Shown one piece after another: positions 1 to 10,487 of a stretch of DNA of 64,000 nt. Below the pieces are notes generated by a model. The model ran no database searches. It worked only from the letters and a program-made list of their open reading frames with translations, and was not told where the DNA came from. Origin of the DNA: Candidatus Abyssobacteria bacterium SURF_17 (GTDB taxonomy: Bacteria; Abyssobacteria; SURF-5). The DNA lies in contig QZKI01000095.1 in assembly GCA_003598055.1 (NCBI GenBank), positions 11,194 to 75,193 on the forward strand, read 5' to 3'. Each line of letters opens with the position of its first letter. Position 1 is the stretch's first letter. Made by a program: the position numbers and the translations under genes.

Positions 1-309
1 GAAACCATACACAAGCTTCTTCGGCCTCAGCTCGAGGAGCTCGTGAACGAAATGCAGCATTGCTGCGGTCATGATGATGCCGGCCGCCCACATCACCTTA
101 GCCCACAGGATTGCCTCTGCCATTTGATCGCTATTCCGCATCAAGAGCGAGCCGAACGCCCAGCATCCCATGCTCCCTACATAGATCAACACCCCATTCC
201 TGGCCTTGCTCTCGAGCTTGTGGGATTGGATGATGTAGATCAGCCAGAAACTGGCCGTGAGCGGTATTAAGGGAGATAGTTTGTGAAATGTCAACAGCGA
301 TGAATTCAC
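1..309 (-). CDS. Partial CDS running off the window edge: N-terminal 7TM sensor domain (HisKA_7TM-like) of a probable histidine kinase or diguanylate cyclase
   Basis: Not in the ORF track; translated by hand from GTG at 309: MNSSLLTFHKLSPLIPLTASFWLIYIIQSHKLESKARNGVLIYVGSMGCWAFGSLLMRNSDQMAEAILWAKVMWAAGIIMTAAMLHFVHELL..., open to base 1. Three hydrophobic helices with a W-x-F-G...W-x-K...L-H-F pattern; GTGA overlap with the GH3 stop. Confidence 0.7.
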   Translation of the reverse strand, partial: MNSSLLTFHKLSPLIPLTASFWLIYIIQSHKLESKARNGVLIYVGSMGCWAFGSLLMRNSDQMAEAILWAKVMWAAGIIMTAAMLHFVHELLELRPKKLVYGF

Positions 310-1886
310 TGCTTCCCCTTTAGTTGCCGGGCGATTCTTCTCAGCCGTTCAATCTGAAGGGGTTTCGGGTTTACATGCATCGGCTTTATCTGCCCAAGGT
401 CGACTCCCTCTGCCTCCCGTTCACTGCGATATTGGCTGAAGGTGCCTTCCGGGAGAACCGTCACATCGAGAGGATTATACCCGAGGAGCTCGGGAATGTC
501 ATCAAATGTCGCTATTGTTCGGGCGGCAGCTTTTCTCATCCTTCCGAGGACCCTTCTCTTCGGCTCGAATGTCTCCACATAAAAATGAATATAGGTCTTT
601 TCATCCCGGAATTCTTTTGTTATCGTCCAATCATTGTAGTTTATCCCTGACTCCTCTATAACCCGCCAGCAGGCCCTCTCATTCAATCGAATGACGCCCG
701 AGAAGTGAATGACGTTGTCCGCGCGTGCATAAAAACGGATGGTCGGGATGTCAATTCCATTGACGGCATCCTTCAGCGAGGTCACCTCGACTAGGTCGCC
801 CGTTCGATACCGAAAGATACATCCGCCGAAGAAGTTTGTGACGACTGCTTCATACTTGCAGCCCACCTCGAGTTCGTTTGCGAGATGCGTTGGCGGTTGG
901 CACTCATTGTACCTTTCCTCCGGTATGAATTCAAGATACGCGACGTTCGGCACAAGAACCATGTCATCACAACCCGGTGTTTGAACGGCGAACAGCGGAG
1001 CCTCGGTGAGCCCATAGCACTCGGAGGGACGCTTGCCCCAGTATCTTTCAATCGCATTGGCAAACAGCGATACATCGGCGCCGGCGGAAAGAATTACCTT
1101 CGGAGAAAAGAGATCCTTCGGCAGCAGCGGTCTCCCTTCGCTTCTCGCCTGCAGGTATTTCTTAAGAATGCTTTTTTTCGCTGCGAACGCCGAATCATCG
1201 GAAGTCAGATACTCTCCGATATGGGTCTCGAATATCCTGCCGATATTCACAAGCACGCTCGCTATCCCCCCAATAATGTCTATACGCCCCTTTTCCAACG
1301 CCATGCGGAAGCCGGTGATTATCCTTTCCGCAAATGTCATGCGCGTTGCTTCTTCAAACGGCGGGAGAACGACAAGGTCTAGTTTCTCGAGTGCCGACTG
1401 GACTCCCAATCCGCTTCCGTACGGCGGCGGCGCAATGGTATAGAAAAGCACATCTCCTCTCTCGATTGGAACCTGACCCCTTTTGCCGGATGAAAGGAAT
1501 GCTGCCGTGATGAAAATATCCCCGAACTTCCGGTAGAACTCCTCGGTATATGGTATCCATTTCACGTTGCCGGAGCTTCCGGTCGTTTGAGCCCAAATCT
1601 TCACCCTGGCGGGGAGCGCTTCCTCGCGTCTGTTCATGAAGATTTCGCGATAGTCTTCGTATGTGGTAAGTGGCACCATCTGGCGAAATTGTCGGGGTGA
1701 ATTCGGGTAAGCGTCTCCGGCGATGGTTCTCCAGAGTTCGCAGTGGCGCAGGTAGTCGATTTGTTTCATGAGAAGTGTGTTCTGCAGCTCCATAAAGTAT
1801 TCCAACGATTTGTTCAGGAACCAGCAATAGTGGTCCCAAAGCGACCTGTCGTGGGCACGTCGAGCAGTTTCAATCATCGGTTTCAT
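306..1886 (-). CDS. GH3 family acyl-adenylate/acyl-amido synthetase
   Basis: PLTTYEDY, TTGSSGNVKWIP, YGLTE and FRYRTGD motifs; ATG at 1886 with GAAAGGGG RBS. Confidence 0.88.
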   Translation of the reverse strand: MKPMIETARRAHDRSLWDHYCWFLNKSLEYFMELQNTLLMKQIDYLRHCELWRTIAGDAYPNSPRQFRQMVPLTTYEDYREIFMNRREEALPARVKIWAQTTGSSGNVKWIPYTEEFYRKFGDIFITAAFLSSGKRGQVPIERGDVLFYTIAPPPYGSGLGVQSALEKLDLVVLPPFEEATRMTFAERIITGFRMALEKGRIDIIGGIASVLVNIGRIFETHIGEYLTSDDSAFAAKKSILKKYLQARSEGRPLLPKDLFSPKVILSAGADVSLFANAIERYWGKRPSECYGLTEAPLFAVQTPGCDDMVLVPNVAYLEFIPEERYNECQPPTHLANELEVGCKYEAVVTNFFGGCIFRYRTGDLVEVTSLKDAVNGIDIPTIRFYARADNVIHFSGVIRLNERACWRVIEESGINYNDWTITKEFRDEKTYIHFYVETFEPKRRVLGRMRKAAARTIATFDDIPELLGYNPLDVTVLPEGTFSQYRSEREAEGVDLGQIKPMHVNPKPLQIERLRRIARQLKGKQ

Positions 1887-2030
1887 CGCCGACCCCTTTC
1901 TCTCTAATCCCACCTAGCAAGATGCATTTTCTCGATACGTTTCTTTTATTAGTCTCCTTAACCGGTGGTTTTCTTCCCAAAAGGATTCTTGAAACTGTCC
2001 GACGCCTCGAGTTGTTGGACCATTCTTCTC

Positions 2031-2098
2031 GTAGGGAGGGCCCCTCGTGGCCGCCCGCAGCGAAGCCGTCTCGGGCACCCGGATGGGGTGTGCTCCAC
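2031..2098. repeat. Degenerate GTAG-type REP pair
   Basis: GTAGGGAGGGCCCCTCGTGGCCGCCC...GGGCACCCGGATGGGGTGTGCTCCAC. Confidence 0.5.
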
Positions 2099-2376
2099 AG
2101 TTGCCGGCCACACTTTTGACCGTGATTTGCCGGCAAACCGAAGATATCAAAGGCTTGGGCTCACATTCACACAATAAGAATCGAGTTGAGAGGATGGTAT
2201 GATTCAAGGAAGGAGGCTCGTCGTAGGGGGCGAGCCGTTACAGGCTTCCTGAGGGTGGCACACGACTGTCAGCATGCCTTCGCGACGGATTTGCTCGTTG
2301 CGCGTCTGCAAAGGAGCGAGGTGATGCGGTAGGTGCAGGGAATAAGGAGACGGTGAATCTGTCCCGCGATTGCAAA

Positions 2377-2406
2377 TGTAGGGGCGCACGGCCGTGCGCC
2401 CCTACA
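2377..2406. repeat. Perfect 30-bp palindrome, GTAG-type REP
   Basis: TGTAGGGGCGCACGGCCGTGCGCCCCTACA, just downstream of the 3-hydroxyacyl-CoA dehydrogenase stop. Confidence 0.85.
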
Positions 2407-2429
2407 CGTAAGGGACAGTCTCTTCACTC

Positions 2430-3302
2430 TCACTTCTCAGAATAGTCGAACCATCCCTTTCCCGTTTTCTGGCCATACTGGCCCTTCGTGTATCGTTCAA
2501 CGACACTCGGGTAGGGGAGTGTGGCGGGGTCGCCGGTTTTCTTGAATCGCTCGATATCCAGTGTGAATTGCAGGTCAATGCCGATGAGGTCCATCAGGCG
2601 GAACGGTCCCATCGGATGTCCCGCCCCGTAAACCATCGCTTTGTCAATATCTTCGGCGGACGCAACGCCCATTTCCTGCAACCACAGGGCCTCGCGTGTG
2701 AGGGCGCCCAGAATTCGATTCACGACGAAGCCGTCCACTTCCTTTTTCAGGAGAATAGGCACTTTGTCCAGTTTTGTACACAGGTCCATCGAGACCTGCG
2801 CGGTTTCATCGGACACATGCGGGCCCTTGACCACCTCAACAAGCTTCATGACCAGCGCAGGGTTGAAGAAATGCAGATTTACGACTTGCGACGGTCGTTT
2901 TGTCGCGTCGGCTATCGACGAACTCACAATGGCCGAACTGTTCGTGGCCAGAATGGCATGCGCCGGCGCCAGCTTGTCGAGCTCGGCGAATATCTTCCGC
3001 TTCACGGGGACTACTTCTATGACCGCCTCGATGACATAGTCGGCGTCCTTTGCCGCGTCCGCCAAATTTCCCGTGAACGAGACATTCGCTCGCGCCTGCT
3101 TTGCTTGTTCCTCGGTCATTTTCCCCTTCTTCACACGGCCCGGGAGGTACGTATCGGCGAAGTTCTCAGCCTTCTTCAGCACTTCCGGCACGATGTCGGT
3201 GCACGTTGTCTTATACCCGTGAATCGCACACAGAAGCGAAATCTGGTGCCCCATGTTTCCTGCTCCGACTACGCAGATTTTCTTAACATCGTCAACTTTC
3301 AT
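2430..3302 (-). CDS. 3-hydroxyacyl-CoA (3-hydroxybutyryl-CoA-like) dehydrogenase
   Basis: GAGNMG Rossmann motif, ATNSS, HFFNP, GFVVNRI and PMGPF motifs. Confidence 0.93.
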   Translation of the reverse strand: MKVDDVKKICVVGAGNMGHQISLLCAIHGYKTTCTDIVPEVLKKAENFADTYLPGRVKKGKMTEEQAKQARANVSFTGNLADAAKDADYVIEAVIEVVPVKRKIFAELDKLAPAHAILATNSSAIVSSSIADATKRPSQVVNLHFFNPALVMKLVEVVKGPHVSDETAQVSMDLCTKLDKVPILLKKEVDGFVVNRILGALTREALWLQEMGVASAEDIDKAMVYGAGHPMGPFRLMDLIGIDLQFTLDIERFKKTGDPATLPYPSVVERYTKGQYGQKTGKGWFDYSEK

Positions 3303-3432
3303 TCCCGTTCTCCTTTCTGCATCATGTCAGCTTAACAATCAACGCGATATTCGCTCATCTCCACCGATTATCGTGACCCGGCGGTATTTGCACGCCCCAC
3401 CGCAGAAAGATTAACTCAGAGTGTGTCAGAAG

Positions 3433-5967
3433 TCAATCGCTCAGTACGGATGCCCTATCCGTCTGTTCACGGAGCGAGAGATGCTTGAGGTGAATGAGTT
3501 TTATCTCTCGTATGACCGCGTCGGTTGGCTCGTCTGAGAGGGCGAGCTTCATGAATTCGATTGAACCATATGGCTGTGGAGAGGCGATGAATATCCGGTA
3601 TTGCTCCCATCTCCCTCTAAGGTCAACGGCGAACAGTTTGGAATACGTCTCGCGCGCGCCACCTGTGTTTACCGTCCACGAGATTGACGCCCTATTCCCG
3701 GCTTGTATGTTTGCAGAAACGACAAGTTCATAGAACTCATCCGAGTCAAGCTTCAGGCCATCGATCGAGAGTTCGGATTGTCCTGTCTCCAGCCGTATGC
3801 GGAGTCCCGAATCGCTGTGATTCAAAATCGTCACTCCGCGGAGCCCCATGAGTGATGCATGTTCTGGTCCAGACATATCCCAATCGAAAACGACGTCCTC
3901 GCGGGCCAACCAGCCGCGAATGCATTCACCTTTGAGCAAGATGAGCGTATTGCCCATCCTCTTCTCGGTCGAATAGTTCTTCAGAATAAACCAGAGCGGC
4001 CCCGGAAATTGCACCTCGTCACTCAGGTCGTCCACCCGCTCTCCCGTGATGTCATAAATCACATACTTCGGCTTCCGACGGGTGATGTCACGAAGGACTT
4101 CTGCGCGATGCTCGTCAGTGGCCAGCATCGAGAACTGGCAGAACCGCGTGGCATTGCGTCTGTCGGCCAAGTAGTAATAGGCGGAATTACTCGGAAGAGC
4201 GAGAATGTAGTCAGATGGGTCGAATCTCTTCTTCACATAGGTGGCCACGTCCACAAATGAGAGTGTTGGCATATTCAAGAGAGGCTTCGGAGGTCTCAGA
4301 GCGAGGAGCATCCTGTCAATACTATTATTCTGCGTGAGCATTGCGAGCTTGCGTCCTATGAGAGACGGGTTGAAAAACAGCGCCGATACAAGGATGAAGA
4401 GCGCACAGAGGAGAATTTCGCCGCGACCGCGTCCGCGTCGGTCTTGAAACACCCTCTCCTTGACTATCCTCGCGCTGCGTCCCAGGAAAAGAATGTGGAG
4501 CACAATGGCAGGGGGCAACGCGAAAATGAGATGCGCATAGTCACTCCTGCCGAGGGCTGCTCCAAAGAGTATCACGCCCGCCGCCGTGAGGCCGGCAATC
4601 ATGCTGTCGAACACATCCAGCTTCCATCTGCTCAGAACCATGCGAACGGATATATAGGCGCCGCATGCCGCATACATCGCGGGGCCATAATAAAAAAGCA
4701 TTGTCGAGGCGAACCCTGTTTGTATGAATAGACTGGACAGAGGAGCGCCAGTGACGTTCAGTGGTATAATCGCGTCTGCGCGCGGGAAAAAATAGTTGCC
4801 GTAACCGAGTGACACGAACCGAGGATATCCGATGATGTCGCTCACCATCGGCCGAAGAGCACCGTTCCATGCGAACAGAGCTGCAATCGGAACAAGCACA
4901 ACCAACATGCCACAAGAAAACGTGAGAAGGTTGGCAGTAAGCCTCAAAAAACCGAGGGCGAAACTCCGGCACACCATGAAAACGAGTGCGCCGAACAGGA
5001 TTGACAGTCCAACCTCTTGACTGGTCGCGAGAGCGAGCGCCGTCAGGATGCCTGCGGGCATCACAAGCCCACGGATGCCGCGGCCATGTGCGGCCAATAA
5101 CGTAATCGCGCCGATTGCAGCCGTGAAGCGACAGGAACTTGCTTGATACTCAAGCACGGACGAGAATATGAGAATCAGGGCAGCCAGAAAACAGAGCACG
5201 CGCCACTTCGAGAACTGTCTGAAAAAAGCGTAGGCCACGATGCCCGAAAATACAGCCATAATCTGCCAGTAGGCATACAGGCTTTGCACTGATTTTCCCA
5301 CGGCCTTCCACATGCCCAGTATCGAAAAAATGTAAACGGGACCATAAAGGCAGAAGAAATCGCGTCCTTGCCATCCGCCATGCCAAACTTCATTCGTCCA
5401 CGCCAGAAACTGTCCTATCTCTCCGAGGAAGCGGTATCCAGGGTAATAAAAGAGCGGTTCAGCCTCGGGCCACGGAAGATATGCAAAGGGAACCGGGTCC
5501 ATCAGCAAGGTCATCAGGAGAAGCGGGAGTGCGCCGAAATCCAACACGATTCCGATACATATCCGCAATCTTTCTTGTGTAGGGACTCCCCTTTTTCGCA
5601 AGAAGGGCCATGCCATCAGCACAAACGTTCCTAACGCGTTCAGGAACAGAAGCAAGAAGAAAGCGGCATTGCTAAAACAAAGAGGTTTGTAAGAGAGAAT
5701 AACCAGGCATGGAGAAAGCGTCACCGCCGACCAAAGGACTGAAATCTCATGGGGCCATCCAGCATATCGTGAGATAATTCTTGACCAGCAGTACCAGAAG
5801 CAAAGCCCCAAGAGTATACCGAGCGCGAAGATAACTGATGGCGGGCCGGGACTCGGTCTCAGGTGCAATTGGGCGAATGCCCACAGCAACCCAGCCGAGG
5901 CAGCGGCAGAGGAGCACAAGACGAGCAGAATCGGGTTGCCGTACCGATTGACAGTGTCCTTACGCAT
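3433..5967 (-). CDS. Large polytopic membrane protein, GT-C-fold glycosyltransferase-like, with soluble C-terminal domain
   Basis: 844 aa, many TM segments, GRDFFCLYGP loop and RSDYAH motif; glycosylation gene context. Confidence 0.6.
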   Translation of the reverse strand: MRKDTVNRYGNPILLVLCSSAAASAGLLWAFAQLHLRPSPGPPSVIFALGILLGLCFWYCWSRIISRYAGWPHEISVLWSAVTLSPCLVILSYKPLCFSNAAFFLLLFLNALGTFVLMAWPFLRKRGVPTQERLRICIGIVLDFGALPLLLMTLLMDPVPFAYLPWPEAEPLFYYPGYRFLGEIGQFLAWTNEVWHGGWQGRDFFCLYGPVYIFSILGMWKAVGKSVQSLYAYWQIMAVFSGIVAYAFFRQFSKWRVLCFLAALILIFSSVLEYQASSCRFTAAIGAITLLAAHGRGIRGLVMPAGILTALALATSQEVGLSILFGALVFMVCRSFALGFLRLTANLLTFSCGMLVVLVPIAALFAWNGALRPMVSDIIGYPRFVSLGYGNYFFPRADAIIPLNVTGAPLSSLFIQTGFASTMLFYYGPAMYAACGAYISVRMVLSRWKLDVFDSMIAGLTAAGVILFGAALGRSDYAHLIFALPPAIVLHILFLGRSARIVKERVFQDRRGRGRGEILLCALFILVSALFFNPSLIGRKLAMLTQNNSIDRMLLALRPPKPLLNMPTLSFVDVATYVKKRFDPSDYILALPSNSAYYYLADRRNATRFCQFSMLATDEHRAEVLRDITRRKPKYVIYDITGERVDDLSDEVQFPGPLWFILKNYSTEKRMGNTLILLKGECIRGWLAREDVVFDWDMSGPEHASLMGLRGVTILNHSDSGLRIRLETGQSELSIDGLKLDSDEFYELVVSANIQAGNRASISWTVNTGGARETYSKLFAVDLRGRWEQYRIFIASPQPYGSIEFMKLALSDEPTDAVIREIKLIHLKHLSLREQTDRASVLSD

Positions 5968-6493
5968 GTTGGCTTCGGTCAGCCCGTTCGGTTCTGAAAT
6001 AGAACAAGAGCGCTATCCTGCAGCATGTGAGAACCAGCACGCTCAAAATTACAGCTGCGCCGTAATCAAGGACTTTGTAAAGCACATTCACGAAGGCAGT
6101 CAACAGCGCCACGTTTGTCCATGCATCCGAAGAGAACGCTTGTCTCCTAGGCTTTGCGCCATCAGGAGCAACAAACGAGCACCATGCGATCCACAACCAC
6201 CAACCGAGCATTCCCATGAATGCCGTGAATCCGGTGCCAACGACGAAGTGAAACACACGCGCCGCTTTCGGAACGCGCGCCATTGTCGTGGGGCTAATAA
6301 TGCCGAGGTCATTGGGCGTGTAAGGAAATGTCCAAAGCCCTGCCTGATCCGATATGAAGTATACTGCCGCACCGAAGCCGAGCCAGGACAATATGACGAC
6401 TGCGCTCCATGTCCAATCGGCTTCGGTCCGCAAGAAATCGATTGCTTTAGAGATCTTCATAAGAGAGAAACCCCGGATTGGCGACATTGGCAC
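5960..6493 (-). CDS. Hypothetical membrane protein (about 4 TM)
   Basis: Hydrophobic 177-aa ORF filling the gap between GT9 and the 844-aa gene, overlapping the latter by 8 nt. Confidence 0.55.
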   Translation of the reverse strand: MPMSPIRGFSLMKISKAIDFLRTEADWTWSAVVILSWLGFGAAVYFISDQAGLWTFPYTPNDLGIISPTTMARVPKAARVFHFVVGTGFTAFMGMLGWWLWIAWCSFVAPDGAKPRRQAFSSDAWTNVALLTAFVNVLYKVLDYGAAVILSVLVLTCCRIALLFYFRTERADRSQHA

Positions 6494-6519
6494 AGAGACC
6501 TATCTCTGTGTGCAATTGC

Positions 6520-7770
6520 CTATTTGTCGCACGCCGTCTCAGAAATAGGACTCTGTCCCCTCTCGCCCGGGACCGCTGGCTCCGAAGCGGGACGGCAGCC
6601 GCGTCGCCCGAGTAATTGCTCAACCGCATCGAGCACCTCGGCTACGGATATGCGTGCGAGGCAGTCAGAGTGTCCGTGACGGCAGCGCGCGGTCTTGGCA
6701 TTATGTACGTTGATGCACGGACTGCAACTGATGTTCTTGAAGAATATCCGGTGGTTGTCCCCCGGAGGCCCATAGAGAACAGGAGTTTCTGGGCCGAAGA
6801 ATGCTATCGAGGGAGTTCCCACGCCGCACGCGAGGTGGAGCGGACCACTGTCGTTCGTAATCATGAGATGTGCAGCAGACAACAGTGCGGCAAGTCGGTG
6901 TATGGGAAGCTTTCCCGCGAGGCTCTCAGCCTTTGGCCTGTCCGCGTCCCGCACAATTCCCTCGGTGTAGCTCTCCTCCCCGGCGCCGCCAATGAGGAAT
7001 ACTCTGGATTGATACCTGTCACAGAGAGCCCGGACGAGGGCAACAAAGTGTTCCCGAGGCCATCTGCGCTCAAGCGCTAACTCTCCGGCATTAGGATTGA
7101 CCACGAGAACGAGATCCTGATCGCCGACGCCTCGCTCGGCCAAGAACCGGCCCGCCCACTCCAGCGCATGAGCGGGCACACGCAAACGCGGTAACACCGG
7201 CCTTTCACGGGCAGCGCTGTTCCCCGTCGCCAGACTTATGAAGTTGTTGCTCACGTGCCAGTAGTAATTGAAGGGAACCTGAATGTCGTGGAGACTTCCC
7301 CTGTATGCCTCCCACGCGTGGAAGCCTGCCTTCACTTTCCCTCCGCCCAAGAAGGTGATGAGCGCCGAGAATCGGGTGAAAAACTCCAGGTCAACCACGA
7401 AGTCAAATCGCTCTCGCCTCAGTCGGAACAGAACAGAAACCGTGTCCTGCATAAATCTGAAAATGCCCGCATTGATGCGAATTGTGAGCGTCTCATCGAT
7501 GTTTGCAATCATCCCACAGACGTCGCGGTTGTCCTCGAAGGTAAGAAAATAGATTTGGCATCCCGGATACTTTTCCTTCAATCTCTCGAGCGCCGGAGAA
7601 ACCAGGACAATGCTTCCGAGTCCCCAAAACTTGACCACCAGGACCTTCTGCGCTCCCGAAGGGTAAGAAACAGGGCTGCGCCTTTTCATCCGGGCGATCG
7701 GGCTGAGCAGGAAACACAATGTGTTCCCCACCCAACTATCGATGAATTTCATCGTGCTCAAGGAAAACAT
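6520..7770 (-). CDS. Glycosyltransferase family 9 (heptosyltransferase-like)
   Basis: GLGSIVL, RRWPREHF, TNDSGPLHLA and FGPET motifs. Confidence 0.9.
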   Translation of the reverse strand: MFSLSTMKFIDSWVGNTLCFLLSPIARMKRRSPVSYPSGAQKVLVVKFWGLGSIVLVSPALERLKEKYPGCQIYFLTFEDNRDVCGMIANIDETLTIRINAGIFRFMQDTVSVLFRLRRERFDFVVDLEFFTRFSALITFLGGGKVKAGFHAWEAYRGSLHDIQVPFNYYWHVSNNFISLATGNSAARERPVLPRLRVPAHALEWAGRFLAERGVGDQDLVLVVNPNAGELALERRWPREHFVALVRALCDRYQSRVFLIGGAGEESYTEGIVRDADRPKAESLAGKLPIHRLAALLSAAHLMITNDSGPLHLACGVGTPSIAFFGPETPVLYGPPGDNHRIFFKNISCSPCINVHNAKTARCRHGHSDCLARISVAEVLDAVEQLLGRRGCRPASEPAVPGERGQSPISETACDK

Positions 7771-7845
7771 TCGTCCAAATTCGCCTTCTCTTCTGTACTA
7801 CTCATTTTTGAATTCTTGAATGTCTGTCGCAATCTCCGATGCGCA

Positions 7846-7957
7846 GTCATTGCGAGCGAAGTGAAACAATCTCCATATGACGGAGGGATTGCTTCGTCGC
7901 TCGGCTCTGCCGCTGCGCTCCTTGCAAGGACATTTTGGCTGCGGCTGTGCCGCGCTG
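7846..7957. repeat. GTCATTGCGAG...GCAAT-type palindromic repeat followed by a TTGGCTGCGGCTGTGCCGCGCTG unit
   Basis: GTCATTGCGAGCGAAGTGAAACAATCTC...GGGATTGCTTCGTCGCT...CTTGCAAGGAC; related copy at 18393. Confidence 0.75.
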
Positions 7958-8051
7958 TGTTACTCCTGCATACGTCAGGCGATAAACACGTCCCAGTTTA
8001 TACCATTTCTCTCGGGTTTGACAAGTAGCAGAAACCTGCCCGTCGTACTCT

Positions 8052-8933
8052 TCAGGCCGTCCGCGCGCGGTCAGAGGTCGCATCTTTCCGGGCGATGGCG
8101 AACAGCTCGCCGGCAAGAAAGTACAATGGACGACGACGGAGCGAATCGGGCAGGAACTTCAGTAGGGACACGACTAGAGGAGTGAGAATCGGCACCTTGC
8201 TCACATTTCTTTGGGCATAGATGTAATTCAAGGTCAGAGCCTTGGCGGCCGGTCGAAGATGCAGCAATCGGAAACCCGCCATGTCGAGCAGATGCGTGAG
8301 CGAACGGGGAGAGAAATAGAATTGATGCTCGGCCTTCACATGCGGCCAGCGTGACCTCAGCAACCGTGCGGTGATACTGGCAATGTTCGGGGTCGTTATG
8401 GCAACAACTCCGCCGGGCCTCAAGAGTTCACGCACTCTGGCCAGCGTGGCCAACGGACCACGCACATGTTCAAGAACATCCGACATGGTGATTGCATCGA
8501 AGAACGAGGGCTCAAAAAGCGCATCCTCAATCGTGCCGCGGACAACGCGCTCCCCGAGGTGTTCGTGCGCGCGCTCAACCGCATAAGGATTGATTTCGAT
8601 TCCATACGCATCCCATCCACGCTCGATGGCCGCCTCCAGGAAATAGCCTGTGGCGCAACCGACATCGAGGACTCTACCCGGCGCAATCACTCTTTCGATA
8701 TCTTTCAGACGCAGCTTGAACGTCAGTTTCTTCATATCGCGAACAGACTCGTCTTGTTGGATACCCCAACTGTCATAGTACGATTGGTCATAAAGCTCGT
8801 GAATGCTTTCTTCGGAAAGCTGGGGCCAGGCAAAGACGAGCGTGCACGAGCTGCATCGAAACACCGTCATCTCGCCTTTGCGAAAGAGCAAATCGCAGCG
8901 AGAGTTTTTGCACAGAGGACAATCATGATTCAT
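8052..8933 (-). CDS. Class I SAM-dependent methyltransferase with N-terminal Cys-rich (zinc) motif
   Basis: CPLC...CSSC, VLDVGCATG, DVLEHV and LLRPGG motifs. Confidence 0.9.
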   Translation of the reverse strand: MNHDCPLCKNSRCDLLFRKGEMTVFRCSSCTLVFAWPQLSEESIHELYDQSYYDSWGIQQDESVRDMKKLTFKLRLKDIERVIAPGRVLDVGCATGYFLEAAIERGWDAYGIEINPYAVERAHEHLGERVVRGTIEDALFEPSFFDAITMSDVLEHVRGPLATLARVRELLRPGGVVAITTPNIASITARLLRSRWPHVKAEHQFYFSPRSLTHLLDMAGFRLLHLRPAAKALTLNYIYAQRNVSKVPILTPLVVSLLKFLPDSLRRRPLYFLAGELFAIARKDATSDRARTA

Positions 8934-9008
8934 TTTATGAGCCTCGAATGAGAGGTCTTCTGCCGAGATGAATCAGCATTGAATACCCGTAAGCCTCCCG
9001 CATGAAAA

Positions 9009-10454
9009 TCATGACGCAGTATTTTGGGCCGGAGGCCTCTTTCCGTAAAAGAATTGTCGTACATTCCGCATTCCGATAGAAACGATTTCTCTAAGCGTCA
9101 GGTTTTCACTGCGATACAGACTGATCGCATATCCCACAAGGAAAAGAAGGTCGAACACAGGATTGGGGGGAAGATGGATGGCGCGCGTTATCAAGGGAAT
9201 GAGTCTCGGAAATTGGACACCGTAATAGAAGAGTTTCTGAAGATTCGCAATTTCATTTGAATGCTCAGAGCGAAGAACACTCTCCTTGAAAAAGGAGGGA
9301 TGCGCGTCCTCGGGACTGCGTGTCAGGAGGTTGCTCTGCTCGACGAATTTCCCCAGCTCCGTTCCGGGAAATGGGTGAAAGATAGCGCACCATGGGAAAT
9401 CAGTCCGAAGTTCCGCGTTCAACTTCAGAGTCTTCAGCGCTTGCGGAAGGGTTTCTCCCGGCAGGCCGACCATATTGTATGTTCGAAAGGGGATTCCGTG
9501 CTTCCGGAGCAATCCGACCGTTCGCCGAATATCCTCGTCGGTGACCCCTTTCTTCAGGACATCATTGCGCAGGCTTTCATCGCCCGATTCAATCCCGAAA
9601 AAGATGTTTTTTGCACCAGCATATTTCAGCGCTGCAATGGTTTCTTCATCTGTCTGGTCGGCCCGCACGAGGCAAAGCAGCGGCAGCCCGATTCGCTCGC
9701 GGTACAACTTCGTGAATTCCTTCAGCCATGACTTGTTCAGTATGAACGTGTCGACCTGCATATAGACTGTTCGGAGGTTCCATCGCGCGCTTACCTCTGC
9801 GATTTCCGCGACCACTCGTTCTGGCGTTCTGAACCTGACGAAGGGTCCCATGCCTCTGTATAACTTCTGTAATGCATGGTTAAAGCAAAAACTGCACCGG
9901 AATGGGCACCCTCTTCTAGCCATAAAGTTGCCCTGACTCTTTTGGAGGAAGGGGAATTTTTCGCGATAGACCGTTCTATCGGGATTCGGCAGTGAGTCGA
10001 GATCTTGAATGAGCGGTCGGATATCGTTGCGCACAATGTGGCCGTTCAGCTTGAAGAAGCAATTGAGTGTGTCTGTGAGTGGCCTTCGAGCTCCCAGTTT
10101 ATCAGCGATTTCGACAATTGCCTCCTCGCCCTCGCCTCTGCATATGATGTCAACCGATGGGTGTTCTATAATCTCCGGGAAAAAGGTCGGGTGCGGACCG
10201 CCGAATATCGTTGTGACCGACTGTTGACGCTTGAGATAGCCTGCGAAATCCAATGCCCAATGATGGATGCCGGTCGTGCAGGAGAAGGCCACGAGGTCGG
10301 GCCTGAAATCTGACACTGCATGCGCAAGCGCCCGCTCGCCCCTCTCTAATATAAACGCATCTACTTCGTGACCAGCCCTCTTAAGGACCGCGGAGAGATA
10401 CATTACCCCGAGATAGTCATACGCGAGGTTTTGAACGAATGCGACTCGTGTCAT
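9009..10454 (-). CDS. B12-binding domain radical SAM protein
   Basis: GGPHPT, GEGE, RGCPFRCSFC (CxxxCxxC), FGIESG and GLPGET motifs. Confidence 0.92.
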   Translation of the reverse strand: MTRVAFVQNLAYDYLGVMYLSAVLKRAGHEVDAFILERGERALAHAVSDFRPDLVAFSCTTGIHHWALDFAGYLKRQQSVTTIFGGPHPTFFPEIIEHPSVDIICRGEGEEAIVEIADKLGARRPLTDTLNCFFKLNGHIVRNDIRPLIQDLDSLPNPDRTVYREKFPFLQKSQGNFMARRGCPFRCSFCFNHALQKLYRGMGPFVRFRTPERVVAEIAEVSARWNLRTVYMQVDTFILNKSWLKEFTKLYRERIGLPLLCLVRADQTDEETIAALKYAGAKNIFFGIESGDESLRNDVLKKGVTDEDIRRTVGLLRKHGIPFRTYNMVGLPGETLPQALKTLKLNAELRTDFPWCAIFHPFPGTELGKFVEQSNLLTRSPEDAHPSFFKESVLRSEHSNEIANLQKLFYYGVQFPRLIPLITRAIHLPPNPVFDLLFLVGYAISLYRSENLTLREIVSIGMRNVRQFFYGKRPPAQNTAS

Positions 10455-10487
10455 CAGAGCCAACTCAGGTAAACGCCACTGTCTTCA

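Noticed and set aside
43-270. 75-aa plus-strand ORF in the track
   Set aside because: Antisense to the better-supported membrane-protein ORF at 309..1.
1914-2200. Possible riboswitch in the GH3 leader (GGCAAAC, TTGCCGGC...GCCGGCAA hairpin)
   Set aside because: The c-di-GMP consensus is incomplete and on the wrong strand for GH3; REP-like repeats explain part of the structure. An Rfam scan would settle it.
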